This document shows, piece after piece, positions 9,551-20,021 of a DNA stretch of 56,439 nucleotides. This DNA is from Actinomycetota bacterium (GTDB lineage: Bacteria > Actinomycetota > Acidimicrobiia > IMCC26256 > JACDBD01), in the NCBI GenBank assembly GCA_046724655.1, contig JBKOWY010000099.1, positions 1 through 56,439 on the forward strand, read 5' to 3'. The notes beneath the pieces are model-generated. The model saw only the letters and a program-made list of their open reading frames with translations. It had not been told where the DNA came from and ran no database searches. Position numbers and translations under genes: made by a program. Positions within the stretch are counted from its first letter, which is position 1. Each line of letters begins with the position of its first letter.

Positions 9551-12207
9551 CCGCTGCGTGGCACTTCACGCCACGGCTTGCCCTGCCACGGATCGGGTTC
9601 CCTAGGCAGGCCGAGCACACGTTCGCCGAGCACGTTCTTGTTGACCTCGGTGGTGCCGCCCTCGATGGTGTTCGCGCGACTGCGCAGCATCCCTCGCACC
9701 TCGAACGGCAAGGAGTCCGCGTAGTCACTGGCGGTGCTGTCCCAGGCCACCGCGTCCATGCCGAGCAGACGCACCGCTAGCGTCTGAACGCGCTGGTTGA
9801 GGTCACCCTGGTGCACCTTGCCGATCGAGCTCTCCGGTCCCGGCGGCCGGCCCGCCCGGACCTGGGCGCGGACGCGCTCGTTGGTCCAGGTCCGGATGCG
9901 CTCCTCGCTGTACACGCGCACCAGCTCCTGGCGGATGACCGGATCCGCTGACTGCGCATGCCGGCGCGACAGGTCCAGCACGTGCGCCACACCCGCTCCG
10001 CCGATGCGGTCGACGCCCCCGGATCCTTCGCCCGAGACCATCTGGCGTTCGCCCGAGAGCGTCGCGGCCGCGACGCGCCAGCCGTCTCCGATGTCGCCGA
10101 CCCGTTGTGAGTCGGGCAGCCGCGCTCCGTCGAGGAACACCTCGTTGAAATCGACTTCTCCGCCCAGGTGGCGTAGTGGGCGCACGTCCACGCCGGGCTG
10201 ATGGAGATCGAGCAGGAAGTACGTAATGCCCTTCCGCTTCGGTACGTCGGCATCGGTGCGGGCGAGCAGGACGGCGAAGTCCGACAGGTGCGCCCACGTG
10301 GTCCACACCTTCTGGCCGGTGACGACCCACTCGTCACCGTCTCGCACCGCGCTCGTGGCGAGCGACGCCAAATCGGAACCCGCGCCCGGTTCGCTGAAGA
10401 GCTGGCACCACTTCTCCTCGTTCCGCACGATCGGCGGTAGGAAGCGAAGCCTCTGTTCTTCCGTGCCGTGCGCGAACAGGGCCGGCGCGGTGAGGTTGAG
10501 ACCGAGCGGGTTGAGCCGCCCGAGGTTGTACGGCCGCAGCTCTGCTTCGGCCCGACGCGCCACGGCCGGCTCGAGGTCGAGACCGCCGTACTCCACCGGC
10601 CACGTCGGCACGGCAAGCCCGGAACGGGCGAAGACGGCGTACCACACTTCGTACTCGGCGCGCGATCGCACCTCGCGAATCGCCGGCGCGCCCCCACGGC
10701 GCGCCGCCTCCCGCCACGCCGCCGGGACATGCTGCTCGATCCACTCCCGCACGACGCTGACAACCTCCTCGGTCGACGAGCCGCGACCGATGGGAAGACG
10801 TTCCGCGGTGGCTTCGCGTGTCGCGACCAGCTCTCGTCGCAGGACCTTGCCCACCTCGCTGCGGGGGAGCGCGTCGACACGATGGAAGGCCACCGGCACC
10901 TTGTAGGCGACGAGCTGGTCCCGGCATCTCGACTCGAGCGCGGCGGGATCGGCCTCTCCGACGAAGAACGCCACCGGCACCTCGCCGAGCCGATTGTCGG
11001 CCACGCCGACCACCGCCGCGTCGCGGACCCCTGGCGCGGAGCGCATCACCTCTTCCACCTGAGCTGGGATGACTTTGTTGCCGCCGCGGTTGATGACGTC
11101 GCTGACGCGGTTCTCGACCCAGACGAAGCCTTCGTCGTCGATGCGCGCAAGGTCGCCGGTGCGGAGGTATCCCTCGGCGTCGAGCCGGTCATCGAGCGCG
11201 CCGCCCCCCACATAACCGGAGGCCATCCGCGGCGGGCGCACGGTCAGCTCACCGATCTCACCCGCGGGGACGACGTTGCCGTCGTCGCCGACGACCTTGA
11301 TCTCGACGCCCGGATGCGGCCGGCCGACGGCGCCAAGTTTCTCGGGATAGCCGCGGGCATCCGCCGCCGTCCACCCGATCACCTCGCCGATCTCCGCCTG
11401 CCCGTAGCCGTTGAGCACGACCACGCCGAACCGGTCCGCGAACCGGCGGGCCTCGCCCGGCGGCAGCGGCGCGGTGATGCTGCGCACGTACCGCAGGGGC
11501 GCGAGGTCCTCGATCGTCTCGTCGTTCGTCAGCATCTTGATCGCGGCCGGGGGCAGAACCGTCGAACGAATCCCGAAGCGGCGCACGAGGTGCGCGAAGT
11601 CGCCGGTCTCGAAGCGCTCCATGATCACGATCGAGGCGCCGGCCCGTAGCCCGAACAGCACGTTGTAGATGCCGGCGTTGAGCGCGAGCGACACGGGGAT
11701 CAGGTTCGGCATTGGCGCCGCTTCCGTGTCTCTGCGTGCCGCGCGCAGCTCTCCGAGCACCCGGTCGAGGAGCTCGAGGTATGCCGAGTGCGTGTGGAGG
11801 ATGGCCTTGGCGTCACCTGTCGTACCCGAGGTCCACTGCACGAACGCGGCGTCCGGGTCGCACTGCCTACGACCGTCGCGCATGCGGATGCCGCCGGCCT
11901 GGATCAGAGCGGCGGCGTCGACGGTCTTCATGCTGCGTTCGACTTCGGCCGCCGGTGCGCGCGCGTTGATCGGGACGAACACCGCGCCTGCCAGCCACAC
12001 ACCGAACATGGTCGTGACCATCTCCGGTGCGTTCGGGAGCTGCACCGCGACGAGTTCACCGGCCTGGACGCCTGCATCGTGCAGCTGCTCGGCAACGGCC
12101 GCGGCCAATCGTCGCGCTTCACCCGCAGTCATGCTGCTGCCGATCGTGTGGAGCAAGGGTTCGTCGTCACCGAACGGGTGCGAGACGAGCAGGTCAGCCA
12201 AGCTCAC
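9547..12207 (-). CDS. Fused acyl-CoA synthetase / acyl-CoA dehydrogenase
   Basis: N-half WTSGTTG, GYGQAE, TGDL, SEVGKVLRR; C-half WCQLFSEPGAGSDLASL, GQKVWT, FNEVFLD, TIEGGTTE in one frame; GTG start 12207 inferred. Confidence 0.9.
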   Translation of the reverse strand: MSLADLLVSHPFGDDEPLLHTIGSSMTAGEARRLAAAVAEQLHDAGVQAGELVAVQLPNAPEMVTTMFGVWLAGAVFVPINARAPAAEVERSMKTVDAAALIQAGGIRMRDGRRQCDPDAAFVQWTSGTTGDAKAILHTHSAYLELLDRVLGELRAARRDTEAAPMPNLIPVSLALNAGIYNVLFGLRAGASIVIMERFETGDFAHLVRRFGIRSTVLPPAAIKMLTNDETIEDLAPLRYVRSITAPLPPGEARRFADRFGVVVLNGYGQAEIGEVIGWTAADARGYPEKLGAVGRPHPGVEIKVVGDDGNVVPAGEIGELTVRPPRMASGYVGGGALDDRLDAEGYLRTGDLARIDDEGFVWVENRVSDVINRGGNKVIPAQVEEVMRSAPGVRDAAVVGVADNRLGEVPVAFFVGEADPAALESRCRDQLVAYKVPVAFHRVDALPRSEVGKVLRRELVATREATAERLPIGRGSSTEEVVSVVREWIEQHVPAAWREAARRGGAPAIREVRSRAEYEVWYAVFARSGLAVPTWPVEYGGLDLEPAVARRAEAELRPYNLGRLNPLGLNLTAPALFAHGTEEQRLRFLPPIVRNEEKWCQLFSEPGAGSDLASLATSAVRDGDEWVVTGQKVWTTWAHLSDFAVLLARTDADVPKRKGITYFLLDLHQPGVDVRPLRHLGGEVDFNEVFLDGARLPDSQRVGDIGDGWRVAAATLSGERQMVSGEGSGGVDRIGGAGVAHVLDLSRRHAQSADPVIRQELVRVYSEERIRTWTNERVRAQVRAGRPPGPESSIGKVHQGDLNQRVQTLAVRLLGMDAVAWDSTASDYADSLPFEVRGMLRSRANTIEGGTTEVNKNVLGERVLGLPREPDPWQGKPWREVPRSG

Positions 12208-12253
12208 ACATATTCTGTATCCAACACCGGCGGTCCTCGGCAAGGAGGCGCGT

Positions 12254-13516
12254 GTGTCCGAAGGTCCGTCGATCACGGACGAAGGCGTTGAACGGCTGTG
12301 CGCGCGGATCGGCGTGCCGCACCCGCACCCGCAGCCGCCGCACTATCGATGCCCGAACGAGGACGCGTTTCGCCATGTGGCCGAGGCTTACGGGGACGAC
12401 AACCCGCTGTGGTGTGATCCCAAGTACGCGGCGAAGACGGTGTGGGGCGGATCGATCGCACCGCCCCCGCTCGTCGGTGGCGACACCCTGATCGGCGAGA
12501 ACGAGGTCATCGAGGTCGACGAAGCGCACCGTGCGCTCCTCAAGGGTGATCCCATCCGCGGCGCCCACGCGTTCTACGCCGGCAGCTTCCGTGAATGGTG
12601 GTCGCCGCTGCGACCCGGGACGCCGGTCACGCGGCGGAACGCGCTGGTCGGCGTGCACGACAAGACGAGCGAGTTCGCCGAACGCGCCGTGCACGAATGG
12701 ACAGCGGAAGTGTTCGCGGCCCCAGGCGAGATGCTGTCGGGCCAATACCGCCTGATGATCCGCACGGAGCGCCAGAAGGCAGCGGATCGAGGGAAGTACG
12801 ACGAGACGACGATCGAGCCGTACACCGACGAGCGGCTGCGCGAGATCGACGGCGGGTACGCGTCCGAGCCGGCGCGCCGCCGGGGCGCGGAACCGCGTTG
12901 GTGGGAAGATGTCCACGAGGGCGATGAGGTGGGCCCACTGGTGAAGGGGCCGTTGCGCGTTACCGACATGGTGTGCTGGCACGTCGGCATGGGCATGGGC
13001 TTGTACGGCGTCAAGGCGCTCCGGCTCGGCTACGAGCAACGTCAACGCGTGCCGCGCTTCTTTCGTTCTGATGACCTCAACATCCCGGACGTGCAGCAGC
13101 GGGTGCACTGGGACGCCGAGTGGGCGCGGCGGGCCGGGAACCCTTCCATCTACGACTACGGCCGGATGCGGGAAACCTGGCTGATCCACCTCTGTACCGA
13201 CTGGATGGGTGACGACGCGTGGCTTTGGAAGCTTGACTGCCAGTTTCGCCGGTTCAACTACGTCGGAGACACGCACTGGATGCGTGGACGTGTGGTGAAC
13301 AAGACGCTCGTCGATGGCGACCGGCCCGCCGTCGAGCTGGAGCTGTCGGGCGAGAACCAGCGCGGCGAGCTCACGACGCCCGGGCACGCGACCGTCCTGT
13401 TGCCGAGCCGCGAGCACGGACCAGTGCGATTGCCCGAGCCCCCCGGCGGCGCGACAACCTGTCAGGCGACACTCGACGCGCTCGTCGAGCGCTTCGCCGC
13501 CGAGGAACGCGCATGA
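12254..13516 (+). CDS. MaoC-like double hot-dog dehydratase
   Basis: RHVAEAYGDDNPLWCDPKYA; second domain QRVHWDAEWA..G....YDYG, FNYVGDT; RBS aaggagg before GTG 12254. Confidence 0.88.
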   Translation: MSEGPSITDEGVERLCARIGVPHPHPQPPHYRCPNEDAFRHVAEAYGDDNPLWCDPKYAAKTVWGGSIAPPPLVGGDTLIGENEVIEVDEAHRALLKGDPIRGAHAFYAGSFREWWSPLRPGTPVTRRNALVGVHDKTSEFAERAVHEWTAEVFAAPGEMLSGQYRLMIRTERQKAADRGKYDETTIEPYTDERLREIDGGYASEPARRRGAEPRWWEDVHEGDEVGPLVKGPLRVTDMVCWHVGMGMGLYGVKALRLGYEQRQRVPRFFRSDDLNIPDVQQRVHWDAEWARRAGNPSIYDYGRMRETWLIHLCTDWMGDDAWLWKLDCQFRRFNYVGDTHWMRGRVVNKTLVDGDRPAVELELSGENQRGELTTPGHATVLLPSREHGPVRLPEPPGGATTCQATLDALVERFAAEERA

Positions 13517-14322
13517 AGGAGTACCCGCCGCCGCCCGAAGGACTGGTCGTCGAGCGCGCCGGCCCGGTGTTGGGACTCCGCCTCGACCGGCCGAAGCGTC
13601 GCAACGCCGTGACCGACGACATGGTCCTGGCGCTGGTCGAGACGATCGAAGCCGCGGGGAGCGACGAATCGATCCGGGTCATAGAGCTGTCGGCGACCGG
13701 TGAGAACTTCTGCTCCGGTTTCGACCTCGGAGAGCGGGGCGGTGCGGACGAGAGGCCGCGAGTGGGCGCGACGCAACGGCGAATGCGCTGGCAGGTGAAC
13801 CGACTCATCCCCACGATGCTCGAGACGCAGACGCCCATCGTCGCCGCCGCCCGCGGGTGGATCATCGGCCTGGGGTTGCACCTGGTGCTGGCGTCGGATT
13901 TCGCCGTGGTGGCCGAGGACGCGCGCCTCCGCACGCCGTTCGCGACGATGGGTTTCACGCCGGATTCCGGCGGATCGTGGTTGATCCCGCGGCTTGCCGG
14001 GATCGCCCGCGCCAAGGAGATGATCATGCTCGGGCACGAGGTCAGCGGCGCGCAGGCGGCGGAGTGGGGGATGGTGCACCAAGCTGTCCCGAGCGACCAG
14101 GTCGACGTCGTGGCCAAGAGCCTGATCGACGAGCTCGCATCGGCTGCAACGGTCGCGGTCGGGCTGTCGAAGCTGCTGATCCACCGGGGGTTGAGCGTGG
14201 ATCTCGAGCGTCATCTCGCCGACGAAGCGATGGCGATCGAGCTGTCGAGCCGCTCCGACGACTTCCACGAGCACTCCCGCGCACGGCGCGACAAGCGCGA
14301 CCCGAGGTTCCAAGGGCGCTGA
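13513..14322 (+). CDS. Enoyl-CoA hydratase/isomerase (PaaG-like, Asp-type)
   Basis: DRPKRRNA, FCSGFDL, PFATMGFTPDSG, KRDPRFQGR. Confidence 0.92.
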   Translation: MKEYPPPPEGLVVERAGPVLGLRLDRPKRRNAVTDDMVLALVETIEAAGSDESIRVIELSATGENFCSGFDLGERGGADERPRVGATQRRMRWQVNRLIPTMLETQTPIVAAARGWIIGLGLHLVLASDFAVVAEDARLRTPFATMGFTPDSGGSWLIPRLAGIARAKEMIMLGHEVSGAQAAEWGMVHQAVPSDQVDVVAKSLIDELASAATVAVGLSKLLIHRGLSVDLERHLADEAMAIELSSRSDDFHEHSRARRDKRDPRFQGR

Positions 14323-14388
14323 CGCAGCCACACTTCGGCGCGGCCGAATCGCCCCGACGGGCGCGCTGAGTTGCGGCAGGATGCTCGG

Positions 14389-14685
14389 ATGGTCCTTGAG
14401 CATGCAGTCCTCGACGTGATTTCAGGCGAGGAGCAGCGCTTCGAGCGTGCGTTCGCCGAGGCGAAGTCGATCATCGCCTCGATGCCCGGCTTTCGGTCCC
14501 TTACCCTCGACCGGTGCCTCGAACAGCCGACGCGGTACCTGCTTCTCGTCGAGTGGGAACGTCTCGAAGATCACACCCAAGGCTTCCGGGGCTCGCGCGA
14601 GTACGAGCGGTGGAGAGACCTCCTCCATCACTTCTACGAGCCGTTCCCAGTCGTAGAGCACTACGAGCCGCTGATCCGCGCCTGA
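14389..14685 (+). CDS. Antibiotic biosynthesis monooxygenase (ABM) family protein
   Basis: MVLEHAVLDV..G.E..FE.AF, YLLLVEWERLEDHTQGFRGS..Y..W..LLHHFYEP. Confidence 0.9.
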   Translation: MVLEHAVLDVISGEEQRFERAFAEAKSIIASMPGFRSLTLDRCLEQPTRYLLLVEWERLEDHTQGFRGSREYERWRDLLHHFYEPFPVVEHYEPLIRA

Positions 14686-14750
14686 GAGAGGCGTCGACCT
14701 CGTCGTTGCGAGACAGTGGAACCCCTGCTCGGCACGCGGTGTAGAAGGAC

Positions 14751-15527
14751 GTGTCGTCACAACCACGGCCAGGACGACGATGGAGCGGTTGGGTAGCTGG
14801 GCTGGTCTTGGTGCTGGCCGTGCTGGTCGCCGGCACTGGTTCCAGCAACGCCGACAGGGTGGGCGGCGGTGCCGGTCGAGGTAGCAGCGGGTTCGGGGCA
14901 TCGGCGGGGCCGATCGTTCCGCCGCCGACGCTGCCGGCGGGTCAAAGCACCCGGGGAGGGAGAGGGCACCGAGTGATCCCGGAGGGATTCCTGCCCGAAG
15001 AGGAGCGCGCCCACGTGCCGTTGACCCAACCGGATGTGTACTGGGTCCGCAATGACGGGGCTGACCTCCCGACGGTCCTGACTCCTTGCGGCGGGCGACT
15101 GCGCAGCGACAAGAAGCGAGTGGACGGGCGGCAGCTCGTCCTGGTGGGCCCGACTCTGTGGAAGGCGTCGCGACTGGTGGTGTACCGGGACGTCAGGGCG
15201 GCCAAGGCGGCGGTCACCGAGATCCGTAGGGCGCTACGACGATGCGAGCGGCTCGACCGCCCCAACGGGGAAACGACGGTTTGGGCATCCCAGGCGCTGC
15301 CGATCGGCGATGAAGCCTTGTTCGTTGGGGGCCAAGAGTTCCGCGGCGCCGAACGGGTGCCGGGAATCTTCCACGGTGTTGTGATGCGCTCGGGTCGAGC
15401 GGTGCAGGTGTTTCTCGTTTGCGGACAAGCAACCGAGACCCCGACGCCGCCCACCGACCTTGCCAATGACGAGGTGACCGCCATCGCGCAGAAACTCGCC
15501 CAGGCGCGTTGGGCACAGTCGTCGTAG
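14751..15527 (+). CDS. Secreted or membrane-anchored hypothetical protein
   Basis: N-terminal hydrophobic segment, Gly/Pro linker, Cys pair and GDEAL...GRAV pattern loosely like PknH-type extracellular domains. Confidence 0.65.
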   Translation: MSSQPRPGRRWSGWVAGLVLVLAVLVAGTGSSNADRVGGGAGRGSSGFGASAGPIVPPPTLPAGQSTRGGRGHRVIPEGFLPEEERAHVPLTQPDVYWVRNDGADLPTVLTPCGGRLRSDKKRVDGRQLVLVGPTLWKASRLVVYRDVRAAKAAVTEIRRALRRCERLDRPNGETTVWASQALPIGDEALFVGGQEFRGAERVPGIFHGVVMRSGRAVQVFLVCGQATETPTPPTDLANDEVTAIAQKLAQARWAQSS

Positions 15528-15536
15528 CACCGAGCG

Positions 15537-15580
15537 GTTGGGACACAAACCGGCGCCATAGGCCCACTTCGTGTCCCAAC
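15537..15580. repeat. Intergenic REP-like palindrome
   Basis: gttgggacac...gtgtcccaac 10-bp arms around a gccatagg core. Confidence 0.65.
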
Positions 15581-15614
15581 GCCGGAGGATCGTGCGGTCG
15601 CATAACGTATCCAC

Positions 15615-16904
15615 ATGAGCATGCGCGCCGACGAGATGATCCTCGTCTCGGTCGACGATCACATCTGCGAGCCCGCTGACATGTTCGTCGCGCACGTGCC
15701 GGCCCGTTATCGGGATCAGATGCCGCGTGTCGTCGACGAGCCCGACGGCTCGCAGCAGTGGTACTACGGCGAGCTCCGCGGACGGAACCTCGGGCTCAAC
15801 GCAGTCGCCGGCAAGCCCCCCGAGATGTTCAACGTCAACCCGACCCGTTACGAGGAGATGCGGCCGGGCTGCTACGACGTGCACGAGCGGGTACGGGACA
15901 TGTCAGCAGGGGGCCAGCTTGCAGGCCTGAACTTCCCCAACTGGACGGGCTTCTCGGGTCAGGTCCTCAACGCCGGGCCAGACCGCGACGTGAACCTGGT
16001 GATGATCAAGGCGTACAACGACTGGCACGTCGACGAGTGGTGCGGCGCGTACCCCGAGCGCTTCATCCCGTGCGGCATCCTGCCCTTGTTCGACGTCCAC
16101 GAGGGGGCGAAAGAGGTGCGACGGCTCGACAAGAAGGGCTGTCACGCGGTCACGTTCTCGGAGAACCCTGCCGGCCTTGGCATGCCGAGCATCCACACCG
16201 ACGCCTGGGACCCGTTGTTCGCGGCGTGCTCGGACACCGGGACCGTGCTGTGCTGCCACGTCGGATCGTCGTCGAAGAGCGCGTCGACGGCGCCGGACGC
16301 CCCGCCGCCCGTCCCGATGAACCTGTCGTCAGCGATGAGCATCTTCACGCTCGGCGACCTGCTGTGGGCCGACTTCTGGCACCGGTTCCCGAAACTCAGG
16401 TTCGCGCTGACGGAGGGCGACATCGGATGGATCCCGTACTTCCTCCAGCGCGGTGAGCACACGCTCGACCGGCACAACGCGTGGATGGGCCACGACCAGC
16501 CGCAGGGGCTGCGGCCAAGCGAGCTGTTCCGAGAGCGCATTCTCTGCTGCTTCATCGAGGATCGGGTCGGTGTGAAGCTGCTCGACGAGTTCAACATCGA
16601 CAACGTGTGCTGGGAATCCGACTACCCACACTCGGATAGCTCGTGGCCGACCGCGCCCGAGCGCATGGAGGTGCTGCTGGGTGACCTCGACCGCGAGGTC
16701 GTCGACAAGCTCACACACCGCAATGCCATGCGCCACTACCAGTTCGATCCGTTCGCAGTGCGCTCCCGGGAACAGTGCACCGTGGGTGCGCTACGGGCCG
16801 AGGCCGCCGACGTCGACACGGTGACGCACGTCGGCCGGCTCGCCGACGAACGCGACGTCGAGACCTGGCGCAAGATGACCGGCACCGCGCCACGGTCGCG
16901 CTGA
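15615..16904 (+). CDS. Amidohydrolase_2 family protein
   Basis: SVDDH, MRPGCYD, AYNDW, CHVGS, WESDYPH. Confidence 0.95.
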   Translation: MSMRADEMILVSVDDHICEPADMFVAHVPARYRDQMPRVVDEPDGSQQWYYGELRGRNLGLNAVAGKPPEMFNVNPTRYEEMRPGCYDVHERVRDMSAGGQLAGLNFPNWTGFSGQVLNAGPDRDVNLVMIKAYNDWHVDEWCGAYPERFIPCGILPLFDVHEGAKEVRRLDKKGCHAVTFSENPAGLGMPSIHTDAWDPLFAACSDTGTVLCCHVGSSSKSASTAPDAPPPVPMNLSSAMSIFTLGDLLWADFWHRFPKLRFALTEGDIGWIPYFLQRGEHTLDRHNAWMGHDQPQGLRPSELFRERILCCFIEDRVGVKLLDEFNIDNVCWESDYPHSDSSWPTAPERMEVLLGDLDREVVDKLTHRNAMRHYQFDPFAVRSREQCTVGALRAEAADVDTVTHVGRLADERDVETWRKMTGTAPRSR

Positions 16905-16923
16905 GTCGCGTAGGCGCGGCAAA

Positions 16924-17703
16924 ATGACGGATCGCGTTCGCCTTGACTACGACGGCCCGATCGCAACCATCACGAACGACAACCCCGAGAAGCACAATGC
17001 GTTCGACGACGAGATGGACGCACGGCTCTTCGAGATCCTCGGCGAGCTGCGCGACCGGCCCGATGTGCGGGTGGTCATCTGGCGGGGCGAGGGCAAATCC
17101 TTCTCGTCTGGACGCGACGTCAGCTCGATCGGCTCGATGCGGGTCCCGCTGTCGCATCACGAGCTGATGCGAAGGGGTCATCGCGGCATTCAGCAGCTCT
17201 GGGATCTCGACGCTCCGGTGCTGGTCGCATGCAAGGGCTGGGTGATGGGAGCGGCGTTCCAGCGCGCGATGCTCTGCGACATACGGATTGCCGCCCAGGA
17301 CACGCGCTTTCGCCTGCCCGAGCTGACCTACGGCGTCATCCCCGACACCGGCGGCGTCGGAGTGCTGTTCGAGATGTGCGGTCCCGGCCTGGTCACCGAC
17401 CTGGTGCTCACCAGCCGCGTGCTCGGCGCCGACGAGGCGATCACGCACGGGGTCGTCAGCCGCGTCGTGCCCGAGCAGGGCCTTGATGCCACCGTGCGAG
17501 AGATGGCCGAGCACATCGCCGGTCTGCCGGCCGTGACCGTGAAGATGGCGCGCGAGGTGATCCGGCACCTCGCCGTCCCGGCCATCCGCTCGTCGATGGC
17601 GGACGAGATGATCTACCAGACGTTCATCAACAAGAGCGACGACATCGCCGAGCTCCGAAAGGCGCGCGCCGAAGATCGCGAGCCGCGCTACACGGGCAGC
17701 TGA
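16924..17703 (+). CDS. Enoyl-CoA hydratase/isomerase family protein
   Basis: NPEKHNAF, FSSGRD, LPELTYGVIPD. Confidence 0.92.
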   Translation: MTDRVRLDYDGPIATITNDNPEKHNAFDDEMDARLFEILGELRDRPDVRVVIWRGEGKSFSSGRDVSSIGSMRVPLSHHELMRRGHRGIQQLWDLDAPVLVACKGWVMGAAFQRAMLCDIRIAAQDTRFRLPELTYGVIPDTGGVGVLFEMCGPGLVTDLVLTSRVLGADEAITHGVVSRVVPEQGLDATVREMAEHIAGLPAVTVKMAREVIRHLAVPAIRSSMADEMIYQTFINKSDDIAELRKARAEDREPRYTGS

Positions 17704-17722
17704 GCATCGGAAGGGGGAGCGC

Positions 17723-18607
17723 GTGAGCGACGTGATCGGACTGCCGGAGCCGCCTCCGGTCGGTGAGAGCGCGCTTCCGCCCGGAACGTTCGACGGCGTC
17801 AGCGTGCTGGTGACCGGGGGCGGAACCGGCCTGGGTAAGGCGATTGCGGCGGAGTTCGCGCGCCTCGGCGCGCCGATCGTGATCGCCAGCCGCAAGGAGG
17901 AGCACCTCACGGCAGGGCGAAAGGCGATTGAGGAGCTCGGCGCGCCTGTGGTGGTCGTGCCGTGCGACATCCGGCAGCCCGACGAGATCACGGCCGCGTT
18001 CGACGCCGCCGAAGACGCATTCAGCCTGCCCGGGGTCTTGGTCAACAACGCCGCCGCCAACTTCCCGGTCCCCGCCGAGGACATGTCCCCGAATGCGTGG
18101 CGCACCGTCGTCGACATCACCCTGAACGGCAGCTTCTACTGCGCCCGTGAGTTCGCCCGGCGGCACCTTGCCGCGGGCACGCCGGGCTCGATCATCAACG
18201 TCGGCGCGTCGTACGCGTGGACGGGCGGGCCCGGCTTCGCGCATTCGGCCGCGGCAAAAGCGGGCATCAAGAACCTCACCGAGTCGCTCGCGGTCGAATG
18301 GGGCCCGTACGGGATCCAGGTCAACGCGCTCGTGCCGGGGCTCTTCCCGCACGAGGACATGACCGCCGACATCCGGAGCAACCTCGACCGGACGAACGAC
18401 AAGGACCCGTGCCAGCCCGCGATGCGCGTCGGTCGCCGCCAGGAGCTCGGATGGGCGGCGACGTTCCTGGCCTCGCCGTACGCGCGGTTCATCTCCGGGC
18501 ACACGCTCGTGGTGGACGGCGCCAACTGGCAGCGCCGCAGCCTCACCAACCCGCCCGTGACGACCGTGCGGGAGCAGATGGGGAAGGGCCCCTTCGAGCC
18601 GTCCTGA
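17723..18607 (+). CDS. SDR, 2,4-dienoyl-CoA reductase-like
   Basis: TGGGTGLG, NNAAANF..PAE.MSPNAW, HSAAAKAG, SLAVEWG. Confidence 0.9.
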   Translation: MSDVIGLPEPPPVGESALPPGTFDGVSVLVTGGGTGLGKAIAAEFARLGAPIVIASRKEEHLTAGRKAIEELGAPVVVVPCDIRQPDEITAAFDAAEDAFSLPGVLVNNAAANFPVPAEDMSPNAWRTVVDITLNGSFYCAREFARRHLAAGTPGSIINVGASYAWTGGPGFAHSAAAKAGIKNLTESLAVEWGPYGIQVNALVPGLFPHEDMTADIRSNLDRTNDKDPCQPAMRVGRRQELGWAATFLASPYARFISGHTLVVDGANWQRRSLTNPPVTTVREQMGKGPFEPS

Positions 18608-18634
18608 CCAACGTGCCTGGGATCTACAGCTAGG

Positions 18635-20008
18635 TCAGTACTGCTCGAAGTTGCGGCGGCGCTCCCAGTCGGTGACGGCGAGGTTGAACCCGGCCCACTC
18701 CTGGCGCGCCGTGTTGACCAAGTGCTCGTGCACCTCGGCGCCGAAGGCCTTGATGGCCACCTCGCTCGCTTCGAGCTCGGCGATCGCGTCCACGAGCGTG
18801 TCAGGAACGCGTGCGACGTCTTGCGCCTCGTACGCGTTGCCGTCGCAGCGTGAACCGGGATCAAGGCCGTGCTCGATGCCGTGCAGGCCGCCCGCGATCG
18901 TCGCCGCGAACGCGAGGTACGGGTTCACGTCGGCGCCGGGGAGGCGCGACTCGACCCGGAAGGACTGTCCGTCGCCGACGATCCGGAACCCGCACGTGCG
19001 GTTGTCGCGGCCCCACGCGAGCGCGGTGGGCGCCCACGACTCCGGCAGATAGCGCTTGAACGAGTTCACCGTCGGGGCGAACAGCCACGCCAGCTCCCGG
19101 CCGGTTGCGATCAGCCCCCCGAGCCAGCCTCGGAACACGCCCGAAAGCTCGTCGGGCGCGGCCGCGTCCCACATCAGCGACGTCGAGGCGTCGCCGTCCC
19201 ACACGCTCGAGTGCACATGGCAGGACGAGCCGCCTTCCGCCATCGAGTACTTCGCCATGAACGTGATCGACCGGCCTGCGAGCGACGCGATCTCCTTGGC
19301 GCCGTTCTTGTAGATCACGTGCCGGTCCGCCATCTCGAGCGCGTCGGCGTACTCGAGGTTGATCTCGTGCTGACCCCTGCCGGCCTCGCCCTTCGAGAAC
19401 TCGACCGGGACCGCGGCGGCGTCCATCGCATTGCGGATGGCGCGGATCAGGTACTCGTCCCGGGTCGTCTGCAGCAGGTGATAGTCCTGAATGACGGGTG
19501 AGTGGGGCTCGAGATCCGCGTATCCCTTGGCTGCGGCTTCCTCGTACGAGTCGCGGAACAGGAAGAACTCGAGCTCCGACCCGATCTTGATCGTGTATCC
19601 CGCCGCCGCTGCCCGCTCGACCTGCCGCTGCAAGATCCGCCGGGGCGAGACCTCCACCGGGGTGCCGGTCTCGTGGTCGACGAGGTCGCACAGCACCAGC
19701 GCCGTCTTCTCGAGCCACGGCACGGGGCGCAGCGTCGTGAGGTCGGGCACGGCCTTCATGTCGCCGTAGCCCTGTTCCCAGTTGGCGAACCGGTAGCCGG
19801 GCACGGGCGTCATCTCGACGTCCACCGCGAGCAGGTAGTTGCACGCCTCGATGCCGGCTTCCTCGACGACGTGGTCGAGGAAGTAGTGGCCGGTCACGCG
19901 CTTGCCCATCAGCCGACCCTGGAGGTCGGGGAAGGTGACGAGCACGGTGTCGACGCCGCCGGAGCCGATCTGCTCCCGTAGTAACTCGAGCGTCAGCGCG
20001 CTGCTCAT
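18635..20008 (-). CDS. Glutamine synthetase-like gamma-glutamyl ligase
   Basis: DLQGRLMGK, ELEF, EAGRGQHEIN, NSFKR, DNRT, ESRLPGADVNPYL. Confidence 0.92.
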   Translation of the reverse strand: MSSALTLELLREQIGSGGVDTVLVTFPDLQGRLMGKRVTGHYFLDHVVEEAGIEACNYLLAVDVEMTPVPGYRFANWEQGYGDMKAVPDLTTLRPVPWLEKTALVLCDLVDHETGTPVEVSPRRILQRQVERAAAAGYTIKIGSELEFFLFRDSYEEAAAKGYADLEPHSPVIQDYHLLQTTRDEYLIRAIRNAMDAAAVPVEFSKGEAGRGQHEINLEYADALEMADRHVIYKNGAKEIASLAGRSITFMAKYSMAEGGSSCHVHSSVWDGDASTSLMWDAAAPDELSGVFRGWLGGLIATGRELAWLFAPTVNSFKRYLPESWAPTALAWGRDNRTCGFRIVGDGQSFRVESRLPGADVNPYLAFAATIAGGLHGIEHGLDPGSRCDGNAYEAQDVARVPDTLVDAIAELEASEVAIKAFGAEVHEHLVNTARQEWAGFNLAVTDWERRRNFEQY

Positions 20009-20021
20009 GTTGTTTCCTCGG

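Noticed and set aside
11669-12253. N-terminal extension of the MaoC-like ORF
   Set aside because: Antisense to the ligase-ACAD fusion; the RBS supports a start at 12254
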